A stretch of 40,524 nucleotides of DNA, from NCBI GenBank assembly GCA_032718475.1, contig JAUCBJ010004152.1, positions 1 to 40,524 of the forward strand, read 5' to 3'. The DNA is from Nemertoderma westbladi. Its lineage: Eukaryota > Animalia > Xenacoelomorpha. Below are positions 22,701 to 32,167 of this stretch, one piece after another. The notes below the pieces were generated by a model. That model had not been told where the DNA came from, made no database searches, and saw only the letters and a program-made list of their open reading frames with translations. The stretch's first letter is position 1. The number at the start of each line of letters is the position of its first letter. The translations under genes and the position numbers were made by a program.

Positions 22701-23815
22701 GAAGACACCACTGTCTTTCCTACTTACGTACAAGATTTGTATTGATTAGACCCAGTAAAGCGTTAAGTTCAGTGACACGTACGTGTATTATTTGTAAAAA
22801 GGTACATTCTAGAATAGGTACCCAAGAAATGAGTGAATTACCACAAGCACGACTTCAAGCATTCAGACCACCTTTTACAGAGACTGGAATTGATTGCTTT
22901 GGTCCCATACATACGAAACGTGGACGTATACTAGTAAAACGCTGGGGACTGATTTTCACATGTATGTCCAGTAGGGCAGTTCACATTGAACGTGTGATGG
23001 ATCTTTCCACCAACGCGTTTATACTAGCACTGCGGCGATTTATCGCTAGACGCGGACTAGTAAAATGCTTGTACTCAGACCAAGGGACAAACTTTGTTGG
23101 TGCTCGGAATGAGATTGCTAGAGCCTTTAAGAAATTAGATCATGATCAAATCTCGAACGAACTACAACCTCACAAGATTGTTTGGAAGTTTAATCCTCCA
23201 GATAGTCCATGGAGAGGCGGAGTCTGGGAGAGATTGATTAGATCTATAAAGACGGCAATGGCAAAAGTCATTCCAGTAAACCACATATTGACAGACGACC
23301 AACTGACAACATTGTTTGTTGAAATCGAGGCAATACTAAATACTAGACCAATAGTATTAGTACCCGATGACAAACAATCTCAATTTGCTTTAACACCGGC
23401 ACACCTGCTAATGCAGGCACCGACCACTTTGACGCCGATTTCTATTCCAATAGAAAGCGATAGCTACGGTAGAAAAGCGTGGAAAATCACGCAACTACTG
23501 GCTAACAAATTCTGGGAAATATGGCAAAACCATTATTTGCCCTCTATTTCTGCCAGAACAAACTGGTACAATAACACCCGCGCATTAAAGCCGGGAGATC
23601 ACGTGCTGTTAGCAGAAGTGAATCTAAAAAGACGCTTCTGGATAACAGGTGTAATTTTAGCCACACATCCATCTATGGATGGAGTGACAAGAACTGTGAC
23701 GGTACGGACAATTGACGGTCGTACAGTAGACAGACCGACTCAACGTCTCGTACTTCTTGAAGAGACTCGTAACGAGTCTGGAGACTACAAATCTCCAACT
23801 AATATTAGTAAATAA
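16778..23815 (+). CDS. BEL/Pao Gag-protease-integrase polyprotein (2345 aa) with no RT/RNase H
   Basis: Gag capsid-like PKFSG..W..F..EKFNYLLQTLSGEP, three Cys/His knuckles, aspartic protease AILDSAS, integrase HHCC (H..HAG..CIIC), DDE core (IDCFGP, SDQGTNF, WERLI) and BEL-type C-terminus (FWEIWQNHYL..W.TGVI..HPSMDGVTRTV). Confidence 0.93.
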   Translation: MSDKQDYTKNTPTDYDSCDADKSAAEEQQGKTREPTEPTPCASPVHPTGVPDAVVRGDGRTEDFLTVPQPRYREMEMVSSVGSQESVVRSVGGYMAHITRSIGEGQRILDELTAPMSRFEFYTLQVRVQSKVYKSVDNLIGLQDLARQRQDMDTQLRILEKLMITREKLIQFKSTIRQIQQEQADQLLGESVSDELLQPEEEQELYRLDGQLKHLTDHLRMCGEDVGDWETVPEATRETSLAQIELAPGTLNQSLVSIRSEIGEVSMATSEIARQQQLYRQQQEMEEQTELLMAQAAVQEEKLRVANVARISHLQEQAELEAAEMERLELDIAQQAAAAAAAASELERKRLASEARTEMKKRQIKAQSAIRQAEFEAQQQQTEQREKEVKLHFELGKKARELANAKEDLDLQARDRSMRSRDGHDLDQLKVRHRQIQERKKEGSVGAPGRERQLVKDLCQRFPQVTPMFAPVTIKEPISIAGSSNISPIHGATEHRFVIPDKFTPPRATSSPIPKVKVSNPPITDRSSLLTRPALLTTKQVSPPSTPKLVTHYTYPMTFRPTKPLDSNAVVRPPVQFTSQSTTSRKTCEPTEQRRPVDTRPFNQFTSQSTTSRKTCEPTEQRRPVDTRPFNQFTSQSTTSRKTCEPTEQRRPVDTRPFNQFTSQSTTSRKTCEPTEQRRTVDTRPVQFTSQSTTSRKTCEPTEQRRTVDTRPFNQFTSQSTTSRKTCEPTEQRRPVDTRPFNQFTSQSTTSRKTCEPTEQRRSVDDVPKRNVRIRTTQRTRARRPPYPDDSSTSSESDYPKREVFRTGAADEYKRERSDNSFVDNPPQNTPTQKALQPTDAISTQQFADILRPVVNKLAQIEERLEEGYTDSSRNSEFEHNRHPKEPQRPVPSKHTSYQGKAPRRENINQVTNQGRETLNVAEEIAKFAARQGLPVQQPPKFSGSSKHWHTFVDYIESQIAVCAFTSLEKFNYLLQTLSGEPKRLAETFVGVPDAFELAYDRLTSIYGGTVSMARSVIEELCKGGAITKPVDLLKLADEIKNAITTLRSIGQLDYGNTPTVLLKIIGRLHHRLRREWRKIEYQREERGGFLKLEDVYLLISREAVVETRSNYTDQHIVAEGITLPSSNRQKPQTTSTKTATYATSTETRQFSDGSRVSAPIGTKQTRQQLSTDFSGCQYCEHLGKRYIGHKLRSCRQFRELNSEERRLQIRPLDSCWRCTRHGHVRKDCPNTDTCPSCGRNHDGLLHTDSHTPTKRFAREHPEAAARCDAAYRKRESKTTPTFVTHIEDCFSEQSGSSDEESEDDDVYSDGDEQPSIALLTTDQLKGFSVIPIKVTGTKGSKRIYAILDSASSHSYVDEKIADVVTDLRQGKRVSYTVSSMHGQRAIPVTRVKLNLDSLLPKSQHSERERSLLPFKDLTFAATKDFSNLLGPVPEQSLEDRKYFRHLGVPECPVNYRSVAMLIGTDQFNLHQVWETRPSAVVAGNAYACRTPIGWYTRAPVRTLDVSDEEDDVQSTCSLLTTNSIHSFSHDVNHTTLQSTKRDRCVTSMISHKEQLIHQVQKSIQHWPPLYDNKSNTIPKDAEIKKPKKGKAKKKTTAAKLKKKPKAKWKDITSKVKRGRLASLSTPDISPDGQPDTLLDGQSDILPDISNALTNSKAAVSLLERPSIDKQPDTLPDVSPDTLLDSRLDTSNVLTNSEAAVSLLERPCIDKLPILTHLSNHKHGETSCITDVGSTYANVNTGVTLRSRDIPNLQPTVRPGINVGRKISLPKPADPIEFKPPLTIDLQSTDNQGKKTKKDKLLVDPDGSTVNKGILTGGPVGPSSKSKPSKISIDLPDDVTNTHVDRIVNLTDSWSNACRKLAWIVRFVQYVKGKRDFTRRLTLAEIDRCEIKLIRHYQLRYFAREFTSINQGLPIKSSPILSWSPIIYNGLICHKSRLQNIDFNTNFRYPIIIPQHHELQRAMILDAHLHLKHAGRHHCLSYLRTRFVLIRPSKALSSVTRTCIICKKVHSRIGTQEMSELPQARLQAFRPPFTETGIDCFGPIHTKRGRILVKRWGLIFTCMSSRAVHIERVMDLSTNAFILALRRFIARRGLVKCLYSDQGTNFVGARNEIARAFKKLDHDQISNELQPHKIVWKFNPPDSPWRGGVWERLIRSIKTAMAKVIPVNHILTDDQLTTLFVEIEAILNTRPIVLVPDDKQSQFALTPAHLLMQAPTTLTPISIPIESDSYGRKAWKITQLLANKFWEIWQNHYLPSISARTNWYNNTRALKPGDHVLLAEVNLKRRFWITGVILATHPSMDGVTRTVTVRTIDGRTVDRPTQRLVLLEETRNESGDYKSPTNISK
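18503..19071 (+). repeat. 84-bp (28-aa) in-frame tandem repeat x7 in gag
   Basis: QFTSQSTTSRKTCEPTEQRRPVDTRPFN repeated. One unit is 81 bp. Confidence 0.97.
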
Positions 23816-24477
23816 TTAGGAGTTTACAAATAGATTTCCACGTACCTGTACACTGTAGTAAGGACAGCGGTAGAATTCCATTGTCTTTATATGTGAACAT
23901 TGAGGGTCCCTTATGTGTCACATAGGAGCGGGATTTGTAGGTATAAGAAATGGAATTCTACTTGGAACTCACAATATTGAGACATTTTCGAAATTTTAGA
24001 CAATCCATTTGGATTTGAAAATTTTTAAAATTTTCTCCAGTAAATAGATTTCAGGGTACAGTCGGGTGGAACTTAAAATTAGAGAAACAAGAGAGGAAGA
24101 CTTGCGAGCCTTTCTTAAAATTGTAATTAAATTTTACACGGTCTTGTTTCAATAAGTTACGTCAATAAATAGACTCCCCTATATTTATTACTAATTCTTG
24201 ACTGCTTATTTTCTGATAATAGTTTGGGATCAAAAAGTGAGTATTTTAGACTCACAGCCAGTTTAGCCCAAATTCGTTTTTTATTTCGGCAAAAAAAAAA
24301 TTTTAGATAAGAAGCAGCGTGTCATTAAAGAAACCTTAGATCTTAGGCTATGGGTAGGAGGTTAGAGCGTTGTCGAAGCCCAAAAGGCAGACGAAACTCT
24401 CACGTCTCCTCACAACTAACTACAAACTCTGTTGTATTCCCTCTAGTAGTAATGATTATGTAACTACACCTCTAATT

Positions 24478-26183
24478 ATGGAGAAAGGGATACAAGGAGA
24501 GCCGAGATGGGGATATGATATCCAAGAGGAAGCGGCAGCTTCATTCGAACGATTTGGAGCAAAAGACTACACTATATTTGGTATAAAGGAATTATCAGAA
24601 AGTACAGCGAAGCTCGCAAAGACAGCAATGCCTTTACTCGAGCAGGATTTAGCATATTTCGAGACGTGTATCTTCGCTGTGCGGGATCTCTTATCGAAAG
24701 ACCATCTATGTTTACATTGTTACCCTATGAAGGAGAACGTATCGTGGAGATTATGGATGAATCACGGCAGACGCGCGCGCCTATCGGTCACCTTGGTGAT
24801 GATTTCGAAGTAACTACTACGATCACTGACGATCCTTTAGAAGAACTTCTTGAGATAGAAAGGAACCTCCCGAAGAAATCTCAGACGGAGATTCGACAAC
24901 TTGAAGCAACAGATGCTATAGTTTGCATACAACCTTCAGAAACCTACCAACCCATAGATCCAGATGATTACGATTATAGTGTGGGAGGAAGCGCTCGACC
25001 GATTGGAGATCTTATATACGAACGAGTGTGGTACCCTGCCAATACGATGTGTAGTAAATGTGGCGTCGCTGGACATCATATGACAAAGTGCAGTGGAAAG
25101 CACATTACTACGACTCAGCTAATCTGTGGATGGTGTGGGGATCAAGGGTCTCATACCTTTTATACTTGCTGGAGATTTATGGCTCAATGTACTTACTGCA
25201 ATATAAAGGGCATCGAGCATCTGAATGCCAACTAAAAGACATACCCTATGAACACGAATCTGTAAAACTCGTGAGAAAATTATTTGATGAGTGGGAAGAT
25301 TTAGCCGACGAACATGTATCGGCACAAAGAAGACGGTTTCCGATGAGGGCGCATCTTGGATTTTGGGCGGTAAATCCCCAGACGATGATGTCGGAAGGAT
25401 ATATCTCCGCTATGCCCCAATATGACGAACTTATTGAGGTTGTCGATATTTTACCCCACGACAGTGGATTCCGAGTAGTGCGCGAGTATCTATTACAAAT
25501 TCACCCGGATAACAAAAACACGTGGAATTTTCAGAAAGTCGTTAATCGCATTACGTATGTATGGTGAATTCGATCGTTTCCGAACTGAAAAGCGGAACAA
25601 AGGAGCTTGGTTAACCGTCGCATGGGCGTACCGAGCCGCGTTTTACCACAAACGTATACGAGCGAGCGTATTCAAGGAAGAGGAGGTCCTAGAGGCGACA
25701 AATATACCAGCCACTCCGGTTGCGCCGTCTGCACGTCACCCTCGGGAGGACGGACAGGGTAGGATCATACGGGTCCAGAAAGTGGGCCAACAATTAAAGA
25801 AAATTATTAATATAGAAGAACGCAAGGGAGCTGAGCCGACCATTCGAGTTACTCGGGATACGGTATCGCTTCCTAGAGAACCAACAGGAGGATCGGGACA
25901 CACCCCAGCTGATGAGAAGGGGGCACAAGCTACTCTTGGGTCTGCGTCGTCCGCTTCTCGCGCGTTCCCAGACGTTCTACCAACTGTAGTGACAACTGAT
26001 CGGTCACGAGGAGTCGGTCGAGGTTTTGGGATGCCAAATAGACGAATTTGCGAGGAAATAGTCGCACCGTCTCTCAACGTCCAAACGAAACCAGTGACTC
26101 GCCCCATTAGTCCCATATCGCGAGCAAAGTCACCTGTGCGCAGTTTTCGAGGACGCGGCAGGGCTCGATCCACTAAGCGATAA
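24478..26183 (+). pseudogene. Accessory ORF2 of element B: triple CCHC zinc-knuckle protein, three frame breaks
   Basis: Overlapping ORFs 24370-24813, 24666-25235, 25058-25567 and 25557-26183. Knuckles CSKCGVAGHHMTKC and CGWCGDQGSHTFYTC, plus CTYCNIKG/HRASEC completed across the frameshift at ~25210. RG-rich basic tail. Confidence 0.75.
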
Positions 26184-26771
26184 AAGGGAGGGCAAGGGTG
26201 GACGGAAGACTCGTGAGCCTTTCTTATGATTTTGTGATTTATTTGAATTTATATTTATATTTGTGTTTATTCCGAACTTATGCAATTTATATTGTTCCGA
26301 ATACTATGCAATTTATATCTTATAAGTAGTATTTGTATTTACAGTGAAATAGAAATTTTCATTTATTTGTATTTGTAATTGTTTGAATTTATGCAATATT
26401 GAAATGCAATAGATTTATATTGGTGAATTTAATTTAGATTTATATTGTACTTACTTAGTAAAGCCTTAAATACGTAAAGTTTGAATTTGTAATTAATTTT
26501 GTATCGAATCATTACGTAGAAAGGAAGTATTGTTTGAAACTTAATTGTAAATATGTAAGTACGCCCTAAGTATTCTATAGTTTGATTGATTATTGGTGAA
26601 AACCGTATATTTTATGCACGATAATATCCTGTTTTCATGGAGCGGTATAGAATTATATTCCCTAAATGCCGTGGATTTTCAAAATTTTATTTTATTCGAA
26701 TTAACTTTGTAAAGATTGCTTTGAGTTCTCATTAGTATTTGTTCTATCATTTGTACGCCTATCGGTCAAGT

Positions 26772-26858
26772 GGTTCAGTAGCTCAGTCGGTAGAGCGTTG
26801 GAAATTATATGTGTAGTAGGTATTGAGTTCGAATCCTAGTAAGTGCGAATTATTTTTT
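26772..26858 (+). ncRNA. tRNA-like Pol III cassette in the 3' LTR
   Basis: Same sequence as 14158-14244. Confidence 0.6.
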
Positions 26859-26941
26859 GTGCAGAATTTCAACTCATTTAAATTGACCGCTACAAATTAA
26901 TTGCATTTGTCTGTACCAATGAGACTGTAGTTATTTGATTG

Positions 26942-27138
26942 AACGCCGACACAAGGGTGGGACAGTAGAGTCAGGAACTCATACCGGTATCATAAACAAT
27001 TTCAAAATCAGTTTGGTTATTTTATATTATTTAATTCCCTTGTATGGTTTAAATTTCCCGCCTTTTGCTCATTTGATAATATAAATTTACTATAGTTTTT
27101 GGTCCTACTGTAAAAAAAAAAAAAAAAAAAAAAAAAAC
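26942..27138 (+). mobile_element. Short polyA-tailed retroposed insertion in the 3' LTR
   Basis: Absent from the 5' LTR. Ends in ~26 A. Flanked by an 11-bp TSD TTATTTGATTG (26931-26941 / 27139-27149). Confidence 0.92.
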
Positions 27139-30037
27139 TTATTTGATTGTAACCAATGTCGTGCAAGTTATACATTAGCTGGACCAATAGCTATCTTTAA
27201 AACCTTGTTAGAACCTATAGAACAATCGAGAATTTTCTCGATTGATTGCAGCACAAATTTGGTATATAAAGGTGCGATTTGTTCATTAGTTATCTCATTA
27301 CTATACCATAATATATTCTCTCAGGTATTCAGTTATCTGATATTTGTTTATTCTGTCATTAGTTTTCAGATTACATTGTATTATAATTATATCTTCTGTA
27401 ATAAAGTCAGAATATTCTCTCAGCTTTTCTATCTGTTTTACTATGATTCACCACGGTGAACCCAGCTAAGGGACAGGATGGCCAGCTAGAGATCGGGCCG
27501 CAGCAATGAACGGGAACATCACGGGAATGTAGACAAGAGACAACCCGCAATAACATCTTGAGTTATTCGCCCATCGCCTGAAAGGTTAGACAGCGTTCGA
27601 CGCCTTGCTACCTAAGTATAAGACCAAAAGATCAAAAGGTAGAAGTAGTGACACGCTGTGAGCCTAAAATTACATCTTATGGACTGTACTGTCTTGATTC
27701 AGGAAAAAACCACAGTAGACCTTCACATTCCTACGGGGGGGGAGAGCGCAGGCAGAGACACTAGTACGCAGATAGGACGTAGGCACACCGGTACGAAGCA
27801 TACAAATTGGTAGGGTGCAGCAAACTGTACGCCTAACTCTTGCTAAGTACAGGTGCGTGTGCGACTATTTGCAGTACAACGGTGTCCATTGCATTAGAAC
27901 TTGTAGGCTAGGAGGGTTGTTGTGTTTTCACCTGAATTGAGATTGTACCGTTCAGGCGGTAGGGCAGTTTACAGCTAGGCGCAAATAAATTGAGGCTATT
28001 AGGGATACTAACATCTACCGTGTCCCCGCCAACGCCCTAATAGGAAGTTACCCAGACTACCTGGGTGACTAAAATTCTAGATAGGACGCCAGGATAGCTA
28101 TTAGTAACAGTACGCCTACAGTAGTAAACTAACACATCTCTTCTTAGTATCAGGGACCTGGTACCTAAAATTGCCGAATTCTGGGCGTAGCATTAACCTT
28201 ATGCCTGAATTTGAGTCCTGGAAATACGCAAGAGGGGAAGGAACCTTATCATTCGTGAGTATTGGACCTACAAGTTATAAAATTAGAATATTCGTAAAAT
28301 GCACACCGTACCTAGTAGTTATATATGTGAAGGAGCAAAACTGCTTTTGACTGTTTAGAATTGACACACGCGCGTTAGAAATTATTTACACCTCAAAATA
28401 TATAAAATTAACTTTCGTCCGTACTGTGTTTTGCCCGCTAGTTAGACATCTCCAAATCTCTGCCTCTGTACTTAGCTAGCGTCTCTTTGCCCAACCATAT
28501 AAATCACACCGCGGCAAAGTGTACGAGCTTCTTAGTCCGTCAGTGAGTCAGCCTGATTTTAGGATTCGCTGCGCGGGATTTTTGTTTCATCGAAGTTTGT
28601 CTGCTCGTAGACTGTTTTCTGCCTCACCGGTTATAAGAGATCGATACTGCAATATATTCGCTTACTTAGAGTTTACTGTTTTGGTGAGAAGGTCGGATTT
28701 ATGATTTGATTTACAAACTTTACTGTAAGATATTGCAGGTATTGTTACCGTCTCTTCCATATAGTAGGAATAGGCGTATCTCTTCCAATATATTTCGTAT
28801 GTTATTATTTTGTGTGAATATTAATGTTTTTAACAGTCAAACCAGAGATCTCATCACTTATTTGTTTACATATTTTTTTCTCAAAATTGGTGTATAAATT
28901 AGGTTACAGCTTACAGTTTTACTATGCCAATAAAATGTGTAAGACAGGAGGATTGTTAACACATTTTAATTAACTGTTTTAGAATAATGATAAAAAGACC
29001 ACTGAAATATAATCTAATATCAGTTATAATAAATTAATTAAATTAACTAATCGCGCCTACAAGGCCTTTGATGATATGATAAGGCATTATAGTGGGATAA
29101 TAAAATAAATAAAACATTATAGCTTTATTCTAGCATTAGTTTAACTTCGAAATTGAAGTTTCGAATTTTATTTCATAGGCCCCCCTACATCAAATTCAAA
29201 ATTTTCCGTAATGGCATATGGCATGGTATTATGGTAACGCCTATTATTGGGCCGCGTTGCATAACGTCCTTATGGATGTTGTAGACAGTGGAGAATTGAT
29301 ACAATATTGCCCGCTGTAGTAGCAAGCCAGGGACTGGTAGCAAGCATACTGGTCTGGAACATTTAAATAAAATACTTGCCAATTATATCGATAATTTATA
29401 TGATTTTCTAAGTGTAATAACACAAAAAATGCAATACATGTTTTTTACCAACTCTTAGACAAAATACGATGCGAAAAAATCTATCTTTAGGTATCCTATC
29501 TTTGATTTTTCGTATCGTATCGTATTTTCACAAAATTGCATTCGTATCGTATCGAATCATTAAAAATTGGTTCGTATCGTATCGTATTTCCGTATCGTAT
29601 CGTATCGTATCCTGTCCCTGAGTAGACGTAGTAATATCAAAAGATATTGTAATGTTATGACCGAGACTGACACAAAGTTACTTCAGGAAATAAACTATCT
29701 TTTTGGAGTTTTTATTGCCCTGGCAAATAAAGAAAACAACGAGCGTTTTATATCAATTAATTTCTGCGTCTAGGCCTCTGCCAGACATCCGCCTCGGACC
29801 GAGGAATTGTGGAGCAATTGGGCGATATCAGGGTCAGAGGTGCCTAGCCTATTTATTACGGAATAAGTAAATAAAACACAGATAAATTATAAGACTTCCA
29901 CCATGAACAATTAGTAAAAATTATTTTTTTATATGCTTTTTTGATAACCATAATAATTTACTAAAATAATTTTATGAAATAATATCTATATAACATAAAA
30001 ACCTACCACCAAACCAGAAAAAGTTAACAATTCAGCA

Positions 30038-31578
30038 TTATGGCTTTCGACCATTGAAATCAATCCACATTTCGGAACCTTGAGCCTTGAAGAAGTTGTA
30101 GCTGGGTCCACCACCGGGTGCCCAGAATATCCCCCATTTCGGAAATTGATCGAATTCCGCACTGTATTTCAAACCATTAAGATTACTGTTGTAGGTGTAC
30201 TTATACCACCATCCACCGCTACCGTAGTAATCAACCAGATGTCCAGACCATTCGTCGCGATCATGGTCCGTAGTGCTGAAACTAATCCCATTTAAAGGTT
30301 TCAAGGCATCATGAGCTGGGTATATGATGGGGCTGTTTGGATTTTTCACACCTTTGTAGGAAGTCGGTGTACTGTAGGTGCCGACATGAAGTCTATAATC
30401 GGATCCGGTGACTGTGAAAGTGGAATAGGATGCGCAGTAGTAATATCCATTATAGTTGATCCTAATACCCAACTCAACCGATCCAAAATCATTGGTTAGC
30501 ATCTTTATGTTGTCTAAGCCCAACCAATAACTTCCCCCAGGATTACCGAATCCTTTAACGTATTCATCCCATCTTCGGTCGAAGCTCAATCTATCGGATG
30601 TCAATTGCATCTGTATCGCTACAACATTCCCTTTGCATCTGACCAACTGCTGCCCCAGAGTATTGAGCCGTGCACATATTCCCTTCAGCTTAGGGCATTT
30701 GCTACTCGTATGTTTCTCGCAAACTTGTTCGGAACGTCGAACAAGGTTTTTAGTTGCAGATGCCATGGTTGTATTGGATGCCTGCAATAAAATTACTTTT
30801 ATCAAATTAAAAATATTTGTACCTTTAGAGAAGCCGTTATTATTATTATTGCTCACACAGTCGACACTAATACATATGCCTTTAAAACAATTAATTATTT
30901 AACATCTAATGTGTTGAATATAAATTGTAAGCCTACACTGTGGTTATGGGATTTATTACTACTGTAATAGGCACTATTAAATTGTTTGCAGATAACTGCA
31001 TGTTTATGGGACAAGACATGCAGTCCTCGAGCATTGTCATTCTGTTCATATTGGGCAAATGGTGCACGTGCATGTCCGTCCATCCGTCTGTTTGGTAAAG
31101 TTTAAACTAATGATAATTTATTTTCAATAGATTTTTCCAGTCATAGCTCAAACTCAAATTTCCATTTTGATGCCTTTAGAGATCATGTTCGGTGGTTAGC
31201 TGCTATTCGGTTATAGACTAACGTATTCATAGTTCAACGTGAAACTAACATTGGAGGGAATTCAAAAGTTGTTACACAGCTAGAAGCTTCCTCCAAATTA
31301 GGTATTGAAAAGTAACAAGACCGAATTCGCTGAACACATAACTTTCCTTGCCGAATTCTCAAGTACATTGGTCTTGCGAAAATCGCCAAAGACAAGTTGT
31401 GTCAAGGTTTGTATTCTATTTTTATTGTTTGGATTCCCATGGTTATCTCCAAGATATAACTATAACTAACCTTGTCTTTCCTTTCAACCATTCTCGGTGA
31501 ATCACCGCTGCTCTCTCCAAGGCACCCAGCGGCTAAAAGAGCCACAAAAGCTAAAAGTGAAATAGCCGTCTTTAACAT
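30038..31578 (-). CDS. Secreted fibrinogen-related domain (FReD) protein; exons 31578-31471 and 30781-30038 (~283 aa)
   Basis: Exon 1 encodes a signal peptide (MLKTAISLLAFVALLAAGCLG). Phase-0 GT-AG intron. FReD motifs FDRRWDEYVKGFG, YWLGLDNI, FSTTDHDRD and GGWWY..SNLNG. The exon-1 linkage is inferred. Confidence 0.85.
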
Positions 31579-32076
31579 TTAAAATTTGTGTAAATAAATT
31601 TATTGCTCACAATAATGTTATATAAAAATTCATTTAGTGAATGAGTTAAAAGTTCACACTTCCTATGTAAATATACAAAGTGTGGGAGTTTCACAAAATG
31701 AAAACACTTAAAGTGTAGAGAGTGGTGTCTCTACACTAAAGTGGTTTCATTTTGTTATTACTGTCCCAATCCAGATGTTTATTATATAGCGGCTGTTACA
31801 TAGTGGATGCTTTGTAGGTTCAATGGTAAGTAGCGATGTAATGACAAACAAGCATTAACCCAGTAAGTGTGCATTAGATACCTGCTGTTACATCTCGACT
31901 TTGTCCACTTATCGCGGTTTTGTTAAAGTACGCGAACAAAAGTCCCATCCCGTGCTAACGGCACGAAGTCAATTTATATTTTACCGTCACATGATTTAGG
32001 CTACTTACTTACTAGCCTATTCTGCATTATTACCCACATGGGGGGGGGGGGGGGAACTCGACGCAAAACCCGCCCT

Positions 32077-32167
32077 GGCGAATTAATATCCCGCCTCAAT
32101 GTTAAATTCTCAATTTAGGGAAAGGAGCAGGTTACAGTGGCACGTTATTTTAACCAAAACAATAAAC
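32077..32167 (+). repeat. Dispersed repeat, copy 2 (partner at 4081-4170)
   Basis: High visible identity to 4081-4170. Confidence 0.8.

Larger units (their letters stand above)
14032..28790 (+). mobile_element. LTR element B: BEL/Pao retrotransposon lacking RT-RNase H
   Basis: ~1.94-kb near-identical LTRs, 5-bp TSD TATTT (14027-14031 / 28791-28795), Gag-PR-IN ORF with BEL/Pao signatures. Confidence 0.95.
26646..28790 (+). repeat. 3' LTR of element B (2145 bp including insertion)
   Basis: Direct repeat of 14032-15967, preceded by a weak PPT (ATGGAGCGG). Confidence 0.95.
13903..29620. mobile_element. Non-autonomous TIR element (hAT-like MITE, ~950 bp when empty: 13903-14031 + 28796-29620), split by element B
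   Basis: TIRs CAGGGACAGGATACGATACGATACG / CGTATCGTATCGTATCCTGTCCCTG, with CGTAT subterminal arrays at both ends. The TSD is imperfect (AGTAGAACTG vs AGTAGACG), so the superfamily is uncertain. Confidence 0.75.

Noticed and set aside
24370-26183. env gene or programmed -1 frameshifting in ORF2
   Set aside because: No signal peptide or TM helix. A AAG GGC at ~25205 is not a canonical eukaryotic slippery heptamer, and the other breaks lack one.
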